Assembly (NCBI GenBank): GCA_036229005.1
Contig: JAZAMN010000071.1
Location: 64,001 to 128,000, forward strand
Length of the DNA stretch: 64,000 nt
Reading direction: 5' to 3'
From: Myxococcota bacterium
GTDB lineage: Bacteria; Myxococcota_A; UBA796; CAJQPC01
The notes beneath the pieces were generated by a model that did no database searches, was not told the origin of the DNA, and worked only from the letters and a program-made list of their open reading frames with translations. The first letter of the stretch is position 1. Every line of letters begins with the position of its first letter. Shown one piece after another: positions 55,670 to 64,000 of this stretch. A program made the position numbers and the translations under genes.

Positions 55670-57028
55670 ATGAAGCTCACCCGCCGCAACTTCGTGATCG
55701 CCAGCGGCGCCGCCGCCGTGATCGGCTGCAAGGACCGCGACCCCGCCGACACCGGCGCGCTGGAGGGCTCCCCCGCCCGCGACCCGGAGCCCGGCCCCTG
55801 GGAGGACGCCCCCGGCACCCTGGACCCCGAGGCCTTTGCCTGGTCCCTGCAGAGCGGCGACGTGACCGCGTCCAGCGTGCTCCTGAGCTGCCGCTGCCTG
55901 GAGGAGAGCGTCAGCATCCAGATCGTTCGTCAAGACGGCGAGAGCTGGGTCCTCCACGGCGAGTTCAGCGAGCTGATCTCCCAAAATGGCGTGATCCACC
56001 TCCAAGTGGACGACCTGAGCGCCGACACCGCCTACCGCTGGGTCGTGCTCTCCGCCGACGGCACCCGGCGCTCCGCCATCGGCCGCTTCCGCAGCGCCCT
56101 GGACGCCGACCAGGACCGCGTGGTGATCTTTGGCGCCAGCTCCTGCCTGGGCCGCACCGGCGCGCCCTGGCTCAACCTCAGCAACGCCGCCGCCCAGGAC
56201 CTGGACTTCTTCGCCCTGCTCGGGGACACCGTCTACGCCGACGGCTCCGAGACCCGCGAAGACTACGAGGCCGTCTGGGACCAGGCCATGTCCACCGCCG
56301 GGCTGCACGACCTGAGCGCCAGCACCTCGCTGGTGGTCACCTGGGACGACCACGAGGTCGACAACGACTGGAAGGCCCAGAACTACGCCCCCGAGCTCAT
56401 CGAGGCCGCGACCGCCGTCTGGCGCGAGCGCATGCCCCTGCGGGAGGGCCCCGGCGGCACCCTCTACCGGCACCTGCGCTGGGGCGCCGTGCTCGACCTC
56501 TTTGTGCTGGACTGCCGGGGGGAGCGGGGCGACGACTGGTCCCAGATGATGTCCGCCGAGCAGCTCCAGTGGCTGGCCGAAGCCCTGGCCGCGTCCACCG
56601 CGCGCTTCAAGGTCGTGCTCACCAGCATCCAGGTCACCGACTGGTCGCCCGTGTTCGGGGACTTCTCCGTCGAGGACCGCTGGTCCGGCTACCCCACCCA
56701 GCGCGCCGAGCTGCTGGCCGCCTGCGCCGACATCCCCGGCCTGCTCTTCATCACCGGCGACATGCACTTCGGCGCCCTGTCCTACGTGGAGCCCGCCGGC
56801 CAGCCCAACAGCCACCAGCTCGAGGTCATGGCCGGCCCCTCCGGCTCCCGCGTCAACCCCCTGCCCGGCCTCTACACCGGTGACACCGAGCAGTACCCCG
56901 TGCTGATCACCGACACCGACCAGTGGACCTGGTGCCGCTTTGAGTGCGACGCCACCCTGGGCACCATCACCCTGCAGTTCCGCGACGACGCCGACCAGAT
57001 CGTCGCCGAAGAGGTCCTGGCCCTGTGA
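55670..57028 (+). CDS. phoD: Alkaline phosphatase D family Tat lipoprotein
   Basis: TRRNF Tat signal; SGD, LGDTVYAD, WDDHEV.ND, LDCR, WSGYP..R and TGDMH motifs. Confidence 0.88.
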   Translation: MKLTRRNFVIASGAAAVIGCKDRDPADTGALEGSPARDPEPGPWEDAPGTLDPEAFAWSLQSGDVTASSVLLSCRCLEESVSIQIVRQDGESWVLHGEFSELISQNGVIHLQVDDLSADTAYRWVVLSADGTRRSAIGRFRSALDADQDRVVIFGASSCLGRTGAPWLNLSNAAAQDLDFFALLGDTVYADGSETREDYEAVWDQAMSTAGLHDLSASTSLVVTWDDHEVDNDWKAQNYAPELIEAATAVWRERMPLREGPGGTLYRHLRWGAVLDLFVLDCRGERGDDWSQMMSAEQLQWLAEALAASTARFKVVLTSIQVTDWSPVFGDFSVEDRWSGYPTQRAELLAACADIPGLLFITGDMHFGALSYVEPAGQPNSHQLEVMAGPSGSRVNPLPGLYTGDTEQYPVLITDTDQWTWCRFECDATLGTITLQFRDDADQIVAEEVLAL

Positions 57029-57834
57029 GCCTGCACACCCAATCCATCGGCAGCGGCGACAAGCTCGCCCTCATCCTCCACGGCATCCTGGGCTCCGGCC
57101 GCAACTGGAGCAGCTTCGCCCGCGCCCTCTCCAAGCGCTGCCCCGACTGGCAGTTCCTGCTGGTGGATCTGAGGGCTCACGGCCGCAGCCCCACTCTGTC
57201 CCCACCGCATACGGTCACTGCCTGCGCCGGAGATCTGCGCACTCTGACCCGCCAGCGAGGACAGGCTCCCGCAGCCGTCATCGGGCACTCCTTTGGCGGA
57301 AAGGTCGCCCTGGCCTACGGCCGGGACTTCCCCGAGGGCCTGGAGCAGGTCTGGGCCCTGGACTCCCAGCCCGGCGCGCAGCCCCAGGGCATGAGCGACT
57401 CCGACGTGGTCCAGGTCATGACCGCTCTGCGCCAGGTGCCCCTGCCCCTGGAGCGCCGCGAGGACCTGATGCCCCAGCTCAGCGCCCACGGGCTCTCCCG
57501 CGAGCTCGCGCTGTGGATGACCACCAACCTGACCCGCAACCCCGACGGGCCCGGGCTGGTCTGGCGCTTCGATCTGGAGGCCGCCACCGCGCTGATCGCC
57601 GACTACTTCCGGCTGGACCTGTGGCCGGTGCTGGAGCGCCCGCCCCACGGCCCTCACTGGCACCTGCTGCAGGCCGAGCGCTCCGAGCGCTGGACCCAGG
57701 ACGACGCCGACCGGATCGCCGGGCTGCCCGCCTGGAGCCCGGTGCACCACCACCTGCTGCCCGACGCGGGCCACTGGGTGCACGTGGACAACCCCCAGGG
57801 TCTGCTGGAGCTGCTGGCCCGAGAGCTGGGCTGA
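57025..57834 (+). CDS. Alpha/beta hydrolase (YbfF/ABHD11-like esterase)
   Basis: LHGILGSGRNW, DLRAHGRS, GHSFGGK and AGHWVHVDNP motifs. Confidence 0.9.
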   Translation: MSLHTQSIGSGDKLALILHGILGSGRNWSSFARALSKRCPDWQFLLVDLRAHGRSPTLSPPHTVTACAGDLRTLTRQRGQAPAAVIGHSFGGKVALAYGRDFPEGLEQVWALDSQPGAQPQGMSDSDVVQVMTALRQVPLPLERREDLMPQLSAHGLSRELALWMTTNLTRNPDGPGLVWRFDLEAATALIADYFRLDLWPVLERPPHGPHWHLLQAERSERWTQDDADRIAGLPAWSPVHHHLLPDAGHWVHVDNPQGLLELLARELG

Positions 57835-57843
57835 GCGCCCGCG

Positions 57844-59568
57844 CTAGGCCGCGGCCTTGGGCTCCAGCATGGACTGCAGGGTGCGGAGCAGGTCCTGGGC
57901 ACGCACCGGCTTGGCGATGAAGGCGTCCATGCCGGCGTCGAAGCAGGCCTGCCGGTCCTCGGCCATGGTGCCCGCGGTCATGGCCACGATGCGCAGGGTG
58001 AAGCCCCGGGCGCGGATGCGGCGGGTGGCCTCGAGGCCGTCCATGACCGGCATGTGGGCGTCCATGAGCACCATGTCCCAGGGGTGCTCCTCGACCATCT
58101 TGAGGGCCTGCTCGCCGTTGGGGACGACCACCGGCTCCACGCCCATGCGGGTCAGCATGCGGCGAGCCACCATCTGGTTCACCGGGTTGTCCTCGGCGAC
58201 CAACACACGCACACCGGGAGGGAGGGTCCCGAGCTCAGACGTTGAGGACGGCGACTTTGGGGGCTGCCCAGCCGCCACCTCCAGCTCGAAGAAGAAGCTG
58301 CTGCCCACGTCGGGAGTCGACCGCACCCCGATGTTGCCCCCCATCAGGCTCACCAGGCGCCGGGAGATGGCCAGCCCCAGGCCGGTCCCGCCGAAGCGCC
58401 GCGCGGTGCTGCTGTCCGCCTGGGTGAAGGGCTGGAAGAGCTGCTCCTGGGCCGCGGGGGTGATGCCGATGCCGGTGTCCTGCACCTCGACCCGGAGCAG
58501 GTCACCAGAGCGCTCGACCCGCAGCGCGACCCAGCCCTTGGGGGTGAACTTGACGGCGTTCCCGACCAGGTTCAGGAGCACCTGGCGGAAGCGGGTGGGG
58601 TCGCCCACGACCCAGCCGGTGTCCTTGGCCTCCAGGCGCAGCTCCAGCCCCTTGGACTCCGCGGCGCCCCGCAGCAGCTCGCAGACCTCCTGGGCCACAG
58701 CCTGGGGTGCGTAGTCGATGTCCTCGAACTCCAGGCGCCCGGCCTCGATCTTGGACAGGTCCAGGAGGTCGTTGAGCAGCCCCACCAGGCTCTGGCCGGA
58801 GCTCAGGATGGACTCCAGGGTGTGGCGCTGCTGCGCGCTCAGGTCCCCCTCCTCCAGCATCACCTGGGTCAGCCCCAGCACGCCATTCATGGGGGTGCGC
58901 AGCTCGTGGCTCATGTTGGCCAGGAACGCGGACTTGGCCTCGCTGGACTCCTGGGCGGCCAGCCTGGAGCGCTCCAGATCTTCGCGCTGGCGCACGTTGA
59001 TCCGGTGCTGCATCCAACTCAGCCCCAGCACAAAGCCCTGCAGGATGATCATGGCGACGCCGGCCCGCACCGGGCTGCCCATGGCCAGGCTGGGCTCGGG
59101 CATCCCCGGCAGCACGGCGCGCAGGACCAGGGCCACCACTGCCACACAGACGACCCCGGTCCACAGCGCCATCCCCCGGGGGCCCAGCAGACCCAGGGCC
59201 ATGATGGGGGCGACGATGAGGTAGGTCCCGGCCACCCCCGACTGGATGCCGCCGCCCTCCCAGGCGACCCAGAACACCATCGCCAGGATGAGCCCCAGCA
59301 CCCCGTGGGAGAGGGGGGCCAGGGGGAGCTTGCCCCGAATGAACGCCGCCGTGAGGCCCGCGATGACCGTCAGCAGCGCTCCCATTCCGGCCACCTGGGC
59401 GTAGGAGCCCGCGACCGCCATGTTGACCATGGTCAGCGCACCCACGGGCAGACAGAGCCCGGCGATGCTCAAGAACAGCCGCGAGCGCTGGGCTTGCACC
59501 GCTTCGAGCCCGTCGAAGCGCCCCAAGAGAGCGCTCAGGCGCCCGCGTAGCTTGAGAGGGAGGTCCAC
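57844..59568 (-). CDS. Hybrid sensor histidine kinase/response regulator (membrane sensor)
   Basis: ~6 [19 protein letters not shown] boxes and receiver domain; start position uncertain. Confidence 0.92.
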   Translation of the reverse strand: MDLPLKLRGRLSALLGRFDGLEAVQAQRSRLFLSIAGLCLPVGALTMVNMAVAGSYAQVAGMGALLTVIAGLTAAFIRGKLPLAPLSHGVLGLILAMVFWVAWEGGGIQSGVAGTYLIVAPIMALGLLGPRGMALWTGVVCVAVVALVLRAVLPGMPEPSLAMGSPVRAGVAMIILQGFVLGLSWMQHRINVRQREDLERSRLAAQESSEAKSAFLANMSHELRTPMNGVLGLTQVMLEEGDLSAQQRHTLESILSSGQSLVGLLNDLLDLSKIEAGRLEFEDIDYAPQAVAQEVCELLRGAAESKGLELRLEAKDTGWVVGDPTRFRQVLLNLVGNAVKFTPKGWVALRVERSGDLLRVEVQDTGIGITPAAQEQLFQPFTQADSSTARRFGGTGLGLAISRRLVSLMGGNIGVRSTPDVGSSFFFELEVAAGQPPKSPSSTSELGTLPPGVRVLVAEDNPVNQMVARRMLTRMGVEPVVVPNGEQALKMVEEHPWDMVLMDAHMPVMDGLEATRRIRARGFTLRIVAMTAGTMAEDRQACFDAGMDAFIAKPVRAQDLLRTLQSMLEPKAAA

Positions 59569-59611
59569 CCATGCCTTATCGACAGGACCGCCCCGGTCGT
59601 TGACCCCTTCC

Positions 59612-61357
59612 TCAGGCGGAGATCCGTCCAGAGGGCCCGTAGCCCCGCAGGGCGGCTCCCAGCGCCTCAAGCTGCACGGGCTTGGCCAGGAAGCCGTCCA
59701 TCCCGGCGTCCTCGCATGCGCTGCGGTCCTCTGCCATCGTGCCGGCAGTCATCGCGATGACCGGGAGGGTGTGCCCCAGCTCCCGGAGCTGCCGCGTGGC
59801 CTCCAGCCCATCCAACACCGGCATGTGCACGTCCATCAGCACCACGTCGAAGCGGGCGGAGAGCAGCGCCTCGACCGCCGCCTGACCATCCTCGACGATC
59901 ACGGGCTGCACCCCCAGCTTGCGCAGCAGCCGGTCGGCGACCATGCGGTTGACCGGGTTGTCTTCGGCCACCAGCACGCGGAGTCCGGTCGCGAGCTGTC
60001 CGACGCTGGACTCCGCCTGGGCGACAGGCTGCGGCCGCCCCGGAGGCGCGCTCACCGTGAACGAGAAGGTGCTCCCCTGCCCGGGCTCGGAGACCAGCTC
60101 GATCTCCCCGCCCATCAGCGACACGAGCTGCCGGGAGATGGCCAGCCCCAGCCCGGTCCCGCCGTAGCGGCGCGTGGTGCTCGCGTCGGCTTGGGAGAAG
60201 GGCTGGAAGAGCTGCTGCTGGGTCGCGAGCGGGATCCCGATGCCCGAGTCCTGGATCTGCACCTCCAGCAGATCTCCCCGCGGCTTCATCCTCAACACGA
60301 CGCCCCCAGTCGAGGTGAACTTGATGGCGTTGCCCAAGAGGTTCAGCAGCACCTGGCGCAGCCGCGTCGGGTCGCCCTTCACCCAGCCGGCGTCCTCCAC
60401 TTCGCTGCGGAAGTCCAACCCCTTGGCCGCCGCGGAGGGGCCCAACAGGCGCGCGACGCTGCGGGCGACCTCGGCCGGCTGGTAGTCCAGGGTCTCCAGC
60501 TCCAGGCGCCCGGCCTCGATCTTGGACAGATCCAGGATGTCATTGAGCAGGGCCACCAGGCTCTCGCCCGACGTGAGCACCGAGCCCAGGGTGTCCTGCT
60601 GCCTGGGGGAGAGTTCGCCTTCGTTCAGCAGCGCCTGGGTCAGGCCCAGCACGCCGTTCATGGGGGTGCGCAGCTCATGGCTCATGTTGGCCAGGAACGC
60701 GGACTTGGCTCGGTTGGCCTGATCCGCCTGTCGGCGGGCCTCGTCCAGATCCAGGCGCTGCCGCTCGTTGAGGGCGCTCTGAAAGCCCGCCAGGCCCATC
60801 AGGTAGAACAACAGCAGGCTGGAGGTGACCAGCAGTCGGCTGATCTCCGGCGCTCCATGGGGCGCGGGCTTGGGGAGCCAGCTCACGATGTGGCACAGCC
60901 AGGTGAGCAGGAAGGCACCGAGCAGCATCAGGGAGAGCTTGTAGGCCTGCCGGCGGCCCAGCAGGGCCATGGCTGTCAGCGGGATGCAGATGGCGTAGGT
61001 CACGGTGATGGTCGCGCGCAGGCCCCCGGTCGCCCACATCGAATAGAGCAGCGCGGGGCTGCACAGCCAGACCAGCACGCGCGCGGCGGTCTCGCGGTCC
61101 AGGCCCAGGCGCATGCCCAGGATCAGGCCGCCTGCGAGCAGCGCCATGCCACCGACGGCCACCGCCACCAGGGTGCCGCCGGCCCGCAGGATGGCCCAGC
61201 CGTTGAAGCTGCCGCCCACCACGACCAGGCTCAGGAGCAGCAGGGTCAGCCGGGCCCGGTAGAGGGAGTCGAGCTCCTGGCGGTCGCGCTCTGCGACGAA
61301 TCGATCCAGGACCCTCAGCACGCCGTCGATGTTGGGCACAAGCGGGAACACGGACAC
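59612..61357 (-). CDS. Hybrid sensor histidine kinase/response regulator, tandem paralog
   Basis: Same architecture; kinase and receiver parts are highly similar to 57844..59568, sensor parts are divergent. Confidence 0.92.
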   Translation of the reverse strand: MSVFPLVPNIDGVLRVLDRFVAERDRQELDSLYRARLTLLLLSLVVVGGSFNGWAILRAGGTLVAVAVGGMALLAGGLILGMRLGLDRETAARVLVWLCSPALLYSMWATGGLRATITVTYAICIPLTAMALLGRRQAYKLSLMLLGAFLLTWLCHIVSWLPKPAPHGAPEISRLLVTSSLLLFYLMGLAGFQSALNERQRLDLDEARRQADQANRAKSAFLANMSHELRTPMNGVLGLTQALLNEGELSPRQQDTLGSVLTSGESLVALLNDILDLSKIEAGRLELETLDYQPAEVARSVARLLGPSAAAKGLDFRSEVEDAGWVKGDPTRLRQVLLNLLGNAIKFTSTGGVVLRMKPRGDLLEVQIQDSGIGIPLATQQQLFQPFSQADASTTRRYGGTGLGLAISRQLVSLMGGEIELVSEPGQGSTFSFTVSAPPGRPQPVAQAESSVGQLATGLRVLVAEDNPVNRMVADRLLRKLGVQPVIVEDGQAAVEALLSARFDVVLMDVHMPVLDGLEATRQLRELGHTLPVIAMTAGTMAEDRSACEDAGMDGFLAKPVQLEALGAALRGYGPSGRISA

Positions 61358-61445
61358 ATCATCGGCTGAAGCGAGCCCAAAGTGGACGCATTCGTGACTG
61401 GACGTACACCACCCTGGCCCCTAAATTCAGGGCCCCGGAGGCCCC

Positions 61446-62390
61446 ATGCTGCTCGCCCTGACCCACCTCGCGCTCGCCCAGACTGTGCCTCCGCCCATGG
61501 TCAACGGGTCGACGACCTCGGACCACCCGCAGGTCGGATCGCTGGTCATGTACTGGTCCGGCCAAGGCGGTGGGTCCTTCTGCTCTGGCACCCTGATCCA
61601 CCCCGGCTGGGTCCTGACCGCGGCGCATTGCGTGGACGCGGCGGAGAGCTACGACCGTCAGGGCGCCGACATCTACTTCTGGATGGCGCCCAGCGTGTAC
61701 GACCAGAGCGGGCTCGTGGACTACGCCACGGTCGGGGACTACCACACCCACCCCACCTGGACCGGCGAGCTCAGCGGCGGGGACTGGGACCTGGGCCTGC
61801 TGGAGCTGGAGACCGAGATCACCAGCGTGGACCCCATGGCCGTCAACCAGGAGTCCCTGAGCGGCTGGGAGGGCACCGAGCTGACCTTCCTGGGCTACGG
61901 CGTGACCTCGGACAACGGCAACGGCGGCGGCATCAAGCGCTACACCGAGATCCCCATCTACGAGGTCGCCAACGAGGTCGTGTACGCCTACGACAACGTG
62001 CAGAACCTCTGCTCGGGCGACAGCGGCGGTGCGGGCCTGTACCAGGACGCCGCCGGGGACTGGAGCATCGTCTCGGTCAACAGCTTTGTGTACTCGGTCC
62101 AGAGCGGCAGCACCTCCTGCGTGGGGGGTGGCTCGGGCTCCGCCCGCATCGACACCGCCTACGACTGGATCGAGGAGCTGGTCCCCCTGGACGAGGTCGG
62201 GTACGCACCCGAGGCCCTCGCAGTGGATGACCCCAACCGCGTGGACACCGGGGACCCCTCGGACCCCTATGACAACGGACTCGACGTCGAGGCCACCGGT
62301 CTGCTGGGCTGCGCGCAGGTCCCCACCCAGGGCGTCGCCTGGCTGGGGCTGCTGGCGGGATTTGGGCTGCTGTTCCGTCGCCGGGACTGA
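61446..62390 (+). CDS. S1 trypsin-like serine protease with MYXO-CTERM-like tail
   Basis: VLTAAHC, DLGL and GDSGG catalytic motifs; GCAQ..WLGLLAGFGLLFRRRD tail. Confidence 0.92.
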   Translation: MLLALTHLALAQTVPPPMVNGSTTSDHPQVGSLVMYWSGQGGGSFCSGTLIHPGWVLTAAHCVDAAESYDRQGADIYFWMAPSVYDQSGLVDYATVGDYHTHPTWTGELSGGDWDLGLLELETEITSVDPMAVNQESLSGWEGTELTFLGYGVTSDNGNGGGIKRYTEIPIYEVANEVVYAYDNVQNLCSGDSGGAGLYQDAAGDWSIVSVNSFVYSVQSGSTSCVGGGSGSARIDTAYDWIEELVPLDEVGYAPEALAVDDPNRVDTGDPSDPYDNGLDVEATGLLGCAQVPTQGVAWLGLLAGFGLLFRRRD

Positions 62391-62406
62391 GTGCTAAGCT
62401 GGGCGC

Positions 62407-63294
62407 ATGCTCAGCCTGCTCTCCTCTCTCACCATTGCCCAGGTACCTCCTCCCATTGTCAACGGCGAGGCCACCACCGAGCACCCCCAGGTGGGCGTGC
62501 TCTACCTGGACCAGCCCGGCAGCGACTGGGGCTTCTGCTCGGCCAGCCTGATCGCGCCGCAGTGGATCCTGACCGCCGCCCACTGCATCGAGGCCGCCGC
62601 CAGCTTCGACCAGGAGGACCTGGGCTTCGCCCTGACCAGCGACCTGCGCTGGGACGAAGCCCCTCTGGCACGCGTCCAGATCGAGTCCTGGCAGACCCAC
62701 CCCGACTGGGACGGCACCTGGGACGAGGGCGGAGACCTGGGCGTGATGAAGCTCGCCGAGCCCATCACCGACGTGGAGCCCCTGGCCCTCAACACGCTGC
62801 CCATGGAGGGCTGGGAGGGCACCGAGCTGGTGCACGTGGGCTTCGGCGTGACCTCCGACGGCGGCAAGGACTCGGGCACCAAGCGCATGGCGACGCTGCC
62901 GGTCCAGTACGTGCTGGACGCCGCGTTCATCTCCTACAAGGAGGGCCAGAACGTCTGCAACGGGGACAGCGGCGGGCCCTCGCTGCTCCAGGACCCCCAG
63001 ACCGGCGACTGGAGCATCGTGGGGGTGGCCGTGGCCGCGACCGCGTACTCCGGGCCCGACCCCTGCGCGGACGGCCAGGCCGGCTCTACGCGGGTGGACC
63101 TGACCGGGGACTGGATCGCCGAGGCCACCTACGAGCCCGAGCCCCAGGACACCGGGAGCGTCGACACGGGAGACCCCACGCCGCCGACCGAGGAGAGCTC
63201 CCGCCTGAGCTGCGCCCAGGTCCCCGCCCAGGGCGTCGCCTGGCTGGGCCTGCTGGCGGGCCTGGGGCTGCTGTTCCGTCGCCGGGACCCTTGA
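62407..63294 (+). CDS. S1 trypsin-like serine protease with MYXO-CTERM-like tail, tandem paralog
   Basis: ILTAAHC, DLGV and GDSGGP; same tail; TGcTAAGCT box 6 nt before the ATG. Confidence 0.92.
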   Translation: MLSLLSSLTIAQVPPPIVNGEATTEHPQVGVLYLDQPGSDWGFCSASLIAPQWILTAAHCIEAAASFDQEDLGFALTSDLRWDEAPLARVQIESWQTHPDWDGTWDEGGDLGVMKLAEPITDVEPLALNTLPMEGWEGTELVHVGFGVTSDGGKDSGTKRMATLPVQYVLDAAFISYKEGQNVCNGDSGGPSLLQDPQTGDWSIVGVAVAATAYSGPDPCADGQAGSTRVDLTGDWIAEATYEPEPQDTGSVDTGDPTPPTEESSRLSCAQVPAQGVAWLGLLAGLGLLFRRRDP

Positions 63295-63315
63295 GCCCAC
63301 CGCAACAGCTCTGCC

Positions 63316-64000
63316 CTAAGGCTTGGACTCCAGGGCCACCCGGTCCCGCTCGCTGAGGCCCTCGGCCAGGGAGCGCGGCTTGGGCGGGTGGGTGCCCAGA
63401 GCGCGGGCCAGCGCCCGGCGGCCAAGCCACGCCAGCAGCTTCCAGCCGTTGGTGCCGGCCTCCACCACCACCGCGCTGGCCAGCTCCTGGGCGCGCTCGG
63501 TGTCCCGGGCGACCTGGGCGGCGCGGCTGAGCTGCAGGTTGATGCGCAGGCGCAGGATGGGGCTGGCCAGATCGACCACCGCCTGGGCCCGCTGGAGGGC
63601 CTTGGTGTAGCCGCGGCGGTCCCCGACGCGGGCGGAGCAGCGCGCCTGGATCGCGGCCGCCAACGCCGACTCTTCTGGGGCGACGCCGGCCTCGACCCGG
63701 TTCAGGGCGCGCCCGACGCGGTCCAGCGCGGAGCTCGCGGCGGCGCGGCTGTCGGGGCGCTTGTCCAGGGTGGCGACGGCGCGCCACAGGTGCGCGTTCC
63801 GGCGGGCGTGGGGCCGCCCCTGGGCGCGGGCCAGGGCCACCGCGTCGGCCAGGCGGGCCTCGGCCAGGCGGAGCTGCCCCTGCTCCAGCAGGATCAAGCC
63901 CAGCTCGGCCTGGATGGCCAGCTCCAGGCCCCGGTCCTTGCCGGCGCGGGCGCCCTCCAGCAGCTCCTGAGCCGCCTCCCGGGCGCGGGCCAGCACGCCG
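63316..64000 (-). CDS. C-terminal TPR-like part of a larger protein (5' end outside window)
   Basis: Helical Ala/Leu/Arg repeats (AELGLILLEQGQL..A); frame open to the window edge. Confidence 0.65.
   Translation of the reverse strand, partial: GVLARAREAAQELLEGARAGKDRGLELAIQAELGLILLEQGQLRLAEARLADAVALARAQGRPHARRNAHLWRAVATLDKRPDSRAAASSALDRVGRALNRVEAGVAPEESALAAAIQARCSARVGDRRGYTKALQRAQAVVDLASPILRLRINLQLSRAAQVARDTERAQELASAVVVEAGTNGWKLLAWLGRRALARALGTHPPKPRSLAEGLSERDRVALESKP

Overview
High-GC bacterial chromosomal window, gene-dense with about 55 CDS. It is most likely from an uncultured Myxococcota lineage, inferred from MYXO-CTERM-like tails, a Myxococcus Cys-rich repeat, Ser/Thr kinase-TPR-lipoprotein operons and DADTDSD-linker lipoproteins. 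Recognisable genes: trmB, hmgA-hppD with a divergent LysR, gloB, phoD, a GldA/F/G-DUF4340 ABC operon, an XPB-like helicase plus DUF790 (Bax1-like) nuclease, two hybrid histidine kinases and two trypsin-like proteases. I found no rRNA, tRNA, CRISPR array or transposase. The most interesting signals lie outside the ORF track. (1) Four ~260-290 bp elements share one architecture: 3-4 x 31-bp tandem repeats, a spacer (with ~10-bp-phased A/T tracts in three of the four), then 3-4 x 31-bp repeats in inverted orientation. Their sequences have diverged, and each sits at a gene 3' end. (2) A probable sigma54-driven, multi-hairpin, GGA-rich small RNA with its own terminator lies on the minus strand at ~52287-52454. 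(3) A putative polymorphic toxin with colicin M-like motifs is embedded among four paralogous candidate immunity proteins with duplicated upstream DNA blocks. (4) Leaderless-type TANNNY boxes sit 6-7 nt before many start codons. All family assignments come from motif recognition by eye, not from database searches.
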